64,000 nt of DNA from an uncultured Clostridium sp. (GTDB taxonomy: Bacteria > Bacillota > Clostridia > TANB77 > CAG-508), in contig CAKNIZ010000005.1 in NCBI GenBank assembly GCA_930980855.1, forward strand, positions 4,713 through 68,712. Direction: 5' to 3'. The translations under genes were made by a program, and so were the position numbers. This document shows, piece by piece, positions 58,136 to 64,000 of this stretch. The notes beneath the pieces were generated by a model. That model ran no database searches and had not been told where the DNA came from. It saw only the letters and a program-made list of their open reading frames with translations. Each line of letters opens with the position of its first letter. Positions within the stretch are counted from its first letter, which is position 1.

Positions 58136-58229
58136 TGGCGAAGAGAGTGGGATTCGAACCCACGAGCCACTAAAATAATAGCCATCTGCTTTCGAGGCAG
58201 TTCCGTTATGACCACTTCGGTATCTCTTC
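58136..58229 (-). tRNA. tRNA-Ser (anticodon CGA), CCA encoded
   Basis: 94 nt: GAAGAGA acceptor stem, anticodon loop CUCGAAA, long variable arm, T-arm GTGGGTTCGAATCCCAC, and 3' TCTCTTC-G-CCA. It abuts the tadA stop codon. Confidence 0.9.
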
Positions 58230-58688
58230 TTATTTTTTACTTTTTCTTAAGTTCTTAAAAAAATCTTTTAATATTTTTTCGCATTCTTCTTTACATACGT
58301 TGTATTCTACTTCTACTTTATGATTAAATTTATAATCTTCTAATAAATTTAATACAGAACCACAACTTCCAGTCTTTTCGTCCATAGTCCCTATGTATAC
58401 TTTTCGTATTCTCGACTGAATTAAAGCTCCTGCGCACATACTACATGGTTCTAGTGTTACATACATGTCACAATCATTAAGTCTCCAAGATTTTAATTTT
58501 TTGCTTGCTTTTTGAATAGCCAAAATTTCTGCATGTTTTGTAGTATCGTGTTTCTTCTCTTTTTCATTATATGCTCTAGCTATTATTTTTCCTTCTTTAA
58601 CAATTATAGCTCCTACAGGAACTTCTAATTCATTGTATGCTTTTTCTGCTTCTTTTAATGCTATTTTCATATAATCTTCTTTATTCAT
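58230..58688 (-). CDS. tadA: tRNA-specific adenosine deaminase
   Basis: 152 aa. Motifs HAEILAI and PCSMCAGA. Confidence 0.9.
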   Translation of the reverse strand: MNKEDYMKIALKEAEKAYNELEVPVGAIIVKEGKIIARAYNEKEKKHDTTKHAEILAIQKASKKLKSWRLNDCDMYVTLEPCSMCAGALIQSRIRKVYIGTMDEKTGSCGSVLNLLEDYKFNHKVEVEYNVCKEECEKILKDFFKNLRKSKK

Positions 58689-58839
58689 TATTAACTCCTA
58701 TATGTAAAGACGTATTATATAATATCATAAAAGTCATTTTCTTGCAAGAAAAAAAGCATATTAATAACCCCCACTTTAATTTTAAAAGTAAATTCCATAG
58801 GAAGAATAAGCGGAATTTAGTTTTAACAAAAATATGATA

Positions 58840-60220
58840 TAATTAAATTAATACTTCTCTTGGGGGACAAGGAGGTATTTTATGCCAAATCAAAAACATA
58901 TGTCTTCAGAGGACCGTAATTACATCGAACAAGCTCTTAATCAAAATATGTCTTTTAAGGAGATTTCTAAGTTTCTTTGTAAGGATCCTACTACTATCGC
59001 TAAAGAAGTTAAAAAACATAAGATTAGAAAAGAACCAAATACTTTTAACAATACATCTGGAAATGTTTGTACTAAAAGATTTCTTTGTGAAAAGAAAAAC
59101 GTTTGTGGGCTTAATTGTACTAAGAAATGTGCTCGCTGTGACAAGTGTAATAAGTTTTGTAGTGACTTTGAAGAAGAGATCTGCCCTGCTTTAAAAACTG
59201 CTCCTTATGTTTGTAATCCTTGTAAAAATAAAGGCTCTTGTAGATTAGTTAAGTTTTACTATCGTGCTATGCCTTCATTTAAGCAGTATAAAAATCTTTT
59301 ATCTACTTCTAGACAAGGTCCTAATATTTCTGATGAAGAATTAACTGAATTAGACAATTTAGTATCTCCTGCATTGAAGGATGGTCAGAGTCTATCTCAC
59401 ATCTTCGACACTCAAGAAATTCCTTGTTGTAAAACCACTCTTTACAATTATGTTTCTGCTAATTTACTTACTGCTAGAAATATTGACCTTCCTAGAAAAG
59501 TTAGGATGTCTTCTAGAAAATCTAAACGTTCTACTCCTAAAGATTCTGCTATTCGTAAAGGTAGAACTTATCAAGATTTTCAAAAATATTTGTTAGATAA
59601 TCCAGATACTTCTGTTGTTGAAATGGATACTGTCGAAGGCAAAAAAGGTGGTAAAGTTTTACTTACTTTTCTTTTTAGAAATTCTAAGCTTATGTTAGCT
59701 TTCATTATGGATGACAAAACTTCTAATTCTGTATTAAAAGTATTTAACTGGTTAGAAGGTATTTTAGGTAATGAACTTTTTGAAAAAACTTTTCCTGTTA
59801 TTCTTACAGACAATGGTTCAGAATTTTCTAATCCACTTAGCCTAGAATTTAACAATGAAGGCATTGGTAGAACTAGAATATTCTTTTGTGACCCTTCTGC
59901 TTCTTACCAAAAAGGATCCATTGAGAAGAACCACGAATTTATTAGATATGTACTACCTAAAGGATATTCTTTTGATGAACTTAATCAAAAGGATATTACG
60001 AAAATGATTAACCACATAAATAGCTATTCTAGGATAAGTCTGAACCATTCTACACCATTTGACCTAGCTTCACTTTTGTTAGACAAAAGAGTAATAAAAA
60101 AGTTAGATCTCACAAAGGTACCAGCCAATGAGATCCAACTCAAACCAAAACTACTAAAGAAAAAATAAAATAATTTTTTAATAAATTTAACCCCCAAGTG
60201 AAGTAGAGTAAATTTATTTT
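58840..60220 (+). mobile_element. IS30-family insertion sequence (approximate ends)
   Basis: Inverted repeats tacttctcttgggggacaa (58852-58870) and ttaacccccaagtgaagta (60187-60205) match 16/19 when reverse complemented. They tightly bracket the transposase ORF. Confidence 0.6.
58882..60168 (+). CDS. IS30-family transposase
   Basis: 428 aa. N-terminal HTH (MSFKEISKFLCKDPTTIAKEVKKH), a Cys-rich insert, and DDE region DNGSEFSNP...YQKGSIEKNHEFIRYVLPKG. Confidence 0.8.
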   Translation: MPNQKHMSSEDRNYIEQALNQNMSFKEISKFLCKDPTTIAKEVKKHKIRKEPNTFNNTSGNVCTKRFLCEKKNVCGLNCTKKCARCDKCNKFCSDFEEEICPALKTAPYVCNPCKNKGSCRLVKFYYRAMPSFKQYKNLLSTSRQGPNISDEELTELDNLVSPALKDGQSLSHIFDTQEIPCCKTTLYNYVSANLLTARNIDLPRKVRMSSRKSKRSTPKDSAIRKGRTYQDFQKYLLDNPDTSVVEMDTVEGKKGGKVLLTFLFRNSKLMLAFIMDDKTSNSVLKVFNWLEGILGNELFEKTFPVILTDNGSEFSNPLSLEFNNEGIGRTRIFFCDPSASYQKGSIEKNHEFIRYVLPKGYSFDELNQKDITKMINHINSYSRISLNHSTPFDLASLLLDKRVIKKLDLTKVPANEIQLKPKLLKKK

Positions 60221-60390
60221 CATAACCTAACGGGTGAAATTTAGTTTTAAAAATTCTATTCCAGTCGTTTATTAACTATGCTCTCATTTTAAATTTTCTT
60301 CGTACTAATAATATTATACTATATTTTTTCAGCAAATTTCAACTATCTTTAATCAATTATTTGGTTTCAAACTGAAGGTTAGTCAATCAT

Positions 60391-61502
60391 ATGTCACACT
60401 TTTTTGAAAAATATATACTTTGAGTACTCTATATTGTTATAACCGATTCTTCTTGACTTTTATATCTTCTTAGAAATTCCTTTGGACTCAACCAGCCTAG
60501 AGGTCTCATTGGAAAATTATTATATTCTTTTCTCCAATCTGCTCCTCTATTTCTTAAATCTTCTAAACTACAAAATACCTTATTGTAGTAAAACCTTTCT
60601 TGGTCTTTTCTATGACTTCTTTCTACTCTTCCGTTTTGCTTTGGTGTGTGTGGTTTTATTACTTTGTAATCTATCTTTAATTCTTCTAACGTTTTCTCAA
60701 ACAATGTCTTCTTATTCTTTAAAAATGCCTGCCAACTTAGTCTATTTGTGAATTCAAACCCATTATCTGTTTGTATTGTTTTTATTTCTATATCGTATTG
60801 TTCTCTAAAATATTTTACCATCCTTTTTACAAATTCACTGGACATATATGTACTGTGTTCATTTGTATACCATATATATCTTATTCTCGTGAATTCGTCT
60901 ATTCCTGTATATTGATAATATTTTTCTCCCATTTTTTGCAGTTCCGGACTCATACATTTCTTTGGTACATATTTTACATCTACTTGTACTTTTTCCCCCG
61001 GATATGTTCCTACTACCCATTCACATGCTTCTCTTTCTTTTTTCTTACTTGGTGCTTTATTATATATTCCTAGTCGTTGTAGCACATGATACAATCCTTG
61101 CACCGTTCTCCTATAGCCTGCTTCTCTTAACTTTATCCATAATACAACCAATCCAGTATCTTTATTATTATTTTTATAGTTCTTAATCATTTTTATCTCT
61201 TCTTCTGTGTGTTGATTTGGATGATAATGTGGCTTTCTTGACTTATCTTTTAAACTTTCTATACTTCCGTCATATCTTTTTCTCCATCTGTATATTGTTC
61301 TTCTGCATTCACAAAATTTAATTGATGCTTTTGTCACTCCATATTTATATGAAAATTTTACTACAGACTCTTTATATTTTAACTTTTGTGTGATATTATT
61401 ACCCATAGAGAGTGCCTCCAATACTGTTTATTTGTGGTTATTTAAACAATATCATTTTTGGTACTCTCTTTCAATATTTTATTTTCAATTTTCTTGTGAC
61501 AT
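60391..61502 (-). mobile_element. IS481-family insertion sequence
   Basis: The termini atgtcaca...tgtgacat are TGT/ACA-type. The extended imperfect IR is tgtcacacttttttgaaaaata... versus rc tgtcacaagaaaattgaaaata.... No clear target duplication. Confidence 0.65.
60429..61406 (-). CDS. IS481-family transposase (HTH plus rve integrase core)
   Basis: Start MGNNITQ at 61406, 8 nt after GGAGG. DDE core motifs VQVDVKY, QTDNGFEF, and KPHTPKQNGRVERSHR. Confidence 0.8.
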   Translation of the reverse strand: MGNNITQKLKYKESVVKFSYKYGVTKASIKFCECRRTIYRWRKRYDGSIESLKDKSRKPHYHPNQHTEEEIKMIKNYKNNNKDTGLVVLWIKLREAGYRRTVQGLYHVLQRLGIYNKAPSKKKEREACEWVVGTYPGEKVQVDVKYVPKKCMSPELQKMGEKYYQYTGIDEFTRIRYIWYTNEHSTYMSSEFVKRMVKYFREQYDIEIKTIQTDNGFEFTNRLSWQAFLKNKKTLFEKTLEELKIDYKVIKPHTPKQNGRVERSHRKDQERFYYNKVFCSLEDLRNRGADWRKEYNNFPMRPLGWLSPKEFLRRYKSQEESVITI

Positions 61503-61525
61503 TTCTATTTTAAACCTATATTTGC

Positions 61526-61570
61526 ATAAAAAAACGCCTATTTTTAGATATTAATCTTACAATAGACGTT
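61526..61570 (-). terminator. Candidate intrinsic terminator for the VR-less paralog gene
   Basis: Minus RNA: cgucuauu-(18 nt)-aauaggcg followed by uuuuuuu. Confidence 0.4.
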
Positions 61571-61696
61571 AGTTTTACAAACTATATTTTACTTTTACAA
61601 TTCACCCCATTTAGAAATTAAATTCCAAAGGAGGAATAATTGAAATTTAATTTTAAAATGAAGGTAAAAGAAAGTAATTGCATAGTTTCAATAGTT

Positions 61697-62398
61697 TTAT
61701 CCTATTGCTACATAAGTATAAGTTGTACCAGTTGGAATACAAGGATGATTACTCTCTGTGTCAGATGTAAGTCGAAATCCATTTGCCAATGGTTCAATAA
61801 AATAACTACTTTCCTCCATACTATCATATCCACTTTCCCTTTCAGATACATACATAGCGTACCCTTGTCCATTATTATAAATAATTTGAGAATCATAAGA
61901 ATACAACATTACAGCTGTTATTCTAAATCCACAATTTACATCTACAGGTCTGCTTAATGACATCACTGTTCCAGTTGCTACTTTACTTCCCGGCGACAAA
62001 GTTCCAGTTATTTTATTTCCATTAACATATGCCGTTTTTCCAGTTAATATATCTTGTGCAGTTGCCGTCGCATCAGACGTATTTAATGGTACTAACGTCC
62101 CTGTTATTTTACTACCTTTTACATAGGCTGTTTTATTTGCCACTATATCTTCTGGTGCTGCATTCGCATCTGATGTATCTAAACTTTCTAGTGTCCCTGT
62201 TATTCCTCCTATTGTTACCCCTTTTTTTATGTTATTCGCTATTAAATTTGAATTTTTATTTTCGCCTATCAAGTATTTTTCATTTTTTGTTTCTTGATTT
62301 ACAACAAATCTTCTTATTAATATACTTCCAATTATTATTCCTATTAAAATTATAACTGTTATTAATATCATTATTTTTTTATTGTTTTTCTTCATCAC
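61697..62398 (-). CDS. Membrane-anchored paralog of the DGR target N-terminus (no CLec/VR domain)
   Basis: 233 aa. Residues ~1-110 are collinear with the DGR target (TM, VVNQET, KGVTIGGITGTLESLDTSDA..PEDI...KTAYV.G.KITGT). It has an extra repeat unit and an unrelated C-terminus. Confidence 0.7.
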   Translation of the reverse strand: MMKKNNKKIMILITVIILIGIIIGSILIRRFVVNQETKNEKYLIGENKNSNLIANNIKKGVTIGGITGTLESLDTSDANAAPEDIVANKTAYVKGSKITGTLVPLNTSDATATAQDILTGKTAYVNGNKITGTLSPGSKVATGTVMSLSRPVDVNCGFRITAVMLYSYDSQIIYNNGQGYAMYVSERESGYDSMEESSYFIEPLANGFRLTSDTESNHPCIPTGTTYTYVAIG

Positions 62399-62444
62399 TA
62401 CTATTTTCCTTTCTATACTTTTTCTTTATAATCTTTTTAACGCA

Positions 62445-62498
62445 AAGAAGCTATATATTTTAGACAAATTTAAATTCGTCTAAAATACATAGCTTCTT
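62445..62498 (-). promoter_or_regulatory. Leader hairpin, homolog of 29695-29749
   Basis: aagaagctatatatttta ... taaaatacatagcttctt. The single mismatch is a G.U wobble only in minus-strand RNA. Confidence 0.5.
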
Positions 62499-62536
62499 TT
62501 CTATGATTAATCATGTTTATTCTATTAAAACTTACG

Positions 62537-62590
62537 ATATATATATATATATATATACAGCCTCAAGGCTTCTATCCATTTTCATATCCT
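62537..62590 (-). promoter_or_regulatory. Conserved promoter module copy 3: (TA)10 plus TTGAGG box
   Basis: Minus strand reads gaagccTTGAGGctgt(at)10cgtaagtttt. Confidence 0.45.
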
Positions 62591-62799
62591 TTTTGCTCCT
62601 TATTTTCATATCTTTTTTCCATTGTTAATTGCAGTTCTAGCGTCAGATATCAATACATTTCTTTGACTTATTCTATTTTAGCAATGATTTGTCCAATCTA
62701 TGAATATTATATCACAAAATTTTAAAAATGTGCAAAAAAAATATTATTTCTTCAAAAATCTTTTCTTCTATAAAAAGATTTTTTTACATGCTTTGTTTC

Positions 62800-62830
62800 A
62801 AGAAAAAAAGCATATATAAAATATGCTTCG
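62800..62830 (-). terminator. Intrinsic terminator after the 83-aa ORF
   Basis: Minus RNA: aagcauau-uuuau-auaugcuu followed by uuuuuuc. Confidence 0.5.
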
Positions 62831-62849
62831 GTACAAAAGGATTCTACAA

Positions 62850-63101
62850 TCAATCTTTAAAATCATATGCAAAGTCTTCTAGTAATGTGAAATTCTGTAC
62901 ACTAAGTACTAAAACTTCTAATAACTTATTTATTTTTTCTTCATCCTTTGTTAAATTTTCTACTTTCTTAATTTTGCTTTCTCCATTTTCTTCTTCCACT
63001 ACCTCGATGCCATATTTTTCATTTAGAAGTTTGTAAATTTTTACATCCCTCTTTTGATTTTCTTGCGCAACGCTTATTGTTGCAAATAAATTCTTATTCA
63101 T
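62850..63101 (-). CDS. 83-aa acidic hypothetical protein
   Basis: Intact ORF downstream of the Spo0A_C-like gene. No motif recognised. Confidence 0.4.
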   Translation of the reverse strand: MNKNLFATISVAQENQKRDVKIYKLLNEKYGIEVVEEENGESKIKKVENLTKDEEKINKLLEVLVLSVQNFTLLEDFAYDFKD

Positions 63102-63145
63102 TTTCTTACTCCTTTTTTATAAATTTATACAAAGCCATAAGGGAT

Positions 63146-63511
63146 TTAATAGTATATATACTTATCATTTATTTCATCATATACATTTCTCGCAATTGTT
63201 ACAATGAAAAACTTTAAAGTTGGTTTTTCATCCATAAAAAACTTGAAATAATCAAATATGACATCTGTTGAGGTATTTATATACATTAAATCAATTAGTT
63301 TGCTTAAATTCCACTGCACATTTTCTGGTTTAGTGTTATACTTCTGCGCAATTGGTAAGTATACGAATTTCTTTAAATCTCGCATGACGTTTCTATCTTT
63401 TACTACAAGATATATTGCATCAATTAAATATTGATACGAAATAGATGACCTTCTAAATTTAAAATGATTCAGTTGTACTATAATCTGTTCTATTATATCT
63501 TTATCTTCCAT
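63146..63511 (-). CDS. Stand-alone Spo0A C-terminal (DNA-binding) domain-like protein
   Basis: 121 aa. YQYLIDAIYLVV...LPIAQKYNTKPENVQWNLSKLIDLMY...KPTLKFFIVTIA parallels the Spo0A_C pattern (ITKELYPxIAKKYNTTxSRVERAIRHAIE...KPTNSEFIAMIA). Confidence 0.6.
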   Translation of the reverse strand: MEDKDIIEQIIVQLNHFKFRRSSISYQYLIDAIYLVVKDRNVMRDLKKFVYLPIAQKYNTKPENVQWNLSKLIDLMYINTSTDVIFDYFKFFMDEKPTLKFFIVTIARNVYDEINDKYIYY

Positions 63512-63530
63512 TCTCTATACTAATAACGTT

Positions 63531-63567
63531 AATTCCTAAACATTCCTACTAATTCCTTTTAATTCCA
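63531..63567. promoter_or_regulatory. Four direct repeats of (A/C)ATTCC(T/A) at exact 10-bp spacing
   Basis: aattcct at 63531, cattcct at 63541, aattcct at 63551, aattcca at 63561. They lie in the divergent region upstream of the Spo0A_C-like gene. Confidence 0.5.
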
Positions 63568-63712
63568 GTTTTGCTGAAAAAGAATCAAGTAAATGTTATG
63601 ATGTTGATGTAAATTTCGCTTAATTACTATTATGTTCCGAAACTGCTTGGAACATATGGTAATAAAGACAAGAGAGAGATACAACTAACTACAAGAAAGG
63701 ATGATTAACAAG

Positions 63713-64000
63713 ATGAAACGGTTTATCTCTGTTCTGTTGGCGTGTGCTATGTGCGCACTGTTCTCGACAAGCGTCTTCGCTGCTGAGGAACCTTCTCAGG
63801 CTCCTTCACAGGAGGTTGCAGAAGAAGTAACCACAAACGACACAGAAGCAAGTGAGAGAGCCTTAGGTACCCTGCTTTCCACCAATGGTGGTACCATTTA
63901 CAATGGTTTGGGTTCCATTCAGGTCTATCTTCCTAGCGGAAATTTCAATGCAGATTTTGTTGCTGTACTTGGATACTGTGAGGTCAACACTATCGTCACT
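63713..64000 (+). CDS. Partial secreted protein (5' end only, runs off the window), in a markedly higher-GC segment
   Basis: An ATG 12 nt after gaaagg. It reads MKRFISVLLACAMCALFSTSVFA|AEEPSQAPSQEV..., a signal peptide with an AxA-like site. Open to the window end (96 codons). Not in the ORF track because it is truncated. Confidence 0.55.
   Translation, partial: MKRFISVLLACAMCALFSTSVFAAEEPSQAPSQEVAEEVTTNDTEASERALGTLLSTNGGTIYNGLGSIQVYLPSGNFNADFVAVLGYCEVNTIVT

Noticed and set aside
58745-58761. 17-bp exact direct repeat caagaaaaaaagcatat at 58745-58761 and 62799-62815, which could bound a 4-kb insertion (IS30, IS481, paralog)
   Set aside because: With this base composition, about one or two exact 17-mers are expected by chance in 64 kb. 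Half of the match is poly-A, and the flanks do not extend the similarity. It is noted but not credible on its own.
61640-61957. 105-aa plus-strand ORF with an AAGGAGG 6 nt before its TTG start
   Set aside because: The RBS-like string is the loop of the repeated hairpin element. The ORF is antisense to the well-supported paralog gene and translates to Cys/Ile/Ser-rich low-complexity sequence.
25958-64000. Search for additional (remote) VRs matching the TR, especially in the paralog at 61697-62398
   Set aside because: The invariant TR segments (gtagttgcctcccctgttaacacaagg and gggcctgcatgcaatg) were seen only at the TR and the single VR. The paralog's 3' end has no TR similarity.

Overview
This window is an AT-rich chromosomal segment (GC in the high 20s % by eye) from a spore-forming, Clostridia-like Firmicute. 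Nearly all genes are on the minus strand. The housekeeping backbone is: spoIIE; two giant surface proteins; minC-mrdA-mreDCB-radC; mecA; pcrA; a ZIP transporter; prfA; a CDF transporter; a yhaO/yhaN-like nuclease/ATPase pair; a complete fab/acc fatty-acid cluster; yqeK-ddl-murF; ypeB; a ugtP-like gene; recR-ybaB-dnaX; SRP RNA; tRNA-Ser; tadA.

The outstanding feature is a complete diversity-generating retroelement (DGR) at about 25.9-29.8 kb.
- A 136-bp template repeat (TR, 25958-26093) and variable repeat (VR, 28412-28547) differ at 22 positions. All 22 are TR adenines on the coding strand, and they hit 16 of the 19 AAY codons.
- The cassette also has a DGR-type reverse transcriptase (RT), an Avd-like gene, a MutS-domain-I-like accessory ORF, and a membrane-anchored target protein with a C-type-lectin/FGE fold.
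- The gene order is unusual, with the TR downstream of the RT.
- A GC-rich structured island lies next to the VR.
- A conserved (TA)n promoter plus leader-hairpin module is repeated in front of the target gene, the accessory operon and a distant VR-less paralog.

Other accessory content:
- a Toprim/DUF4435-like gene fused to the SbcD/SbcC-like pair;
- an orphan type IV coupling protein operon that includes a J-domain protein;
- two families of GC-rich intergenic hairpin elements, one with clear compensatory covariation;
- a 33-bp perfect palindrome with dispersed half-site copies;
- adjacent IS30-family and IS481-family insertions;
- a stand-alone Spo0A C-terminal-domain gene preceded by 10-bp-phased repeats;
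- an abrupt rise in GC over the last ~450 bp.

No rRNA genes or CRISPR arrays were seen. All family assignments come from motif recognition by eye, not from database searches.
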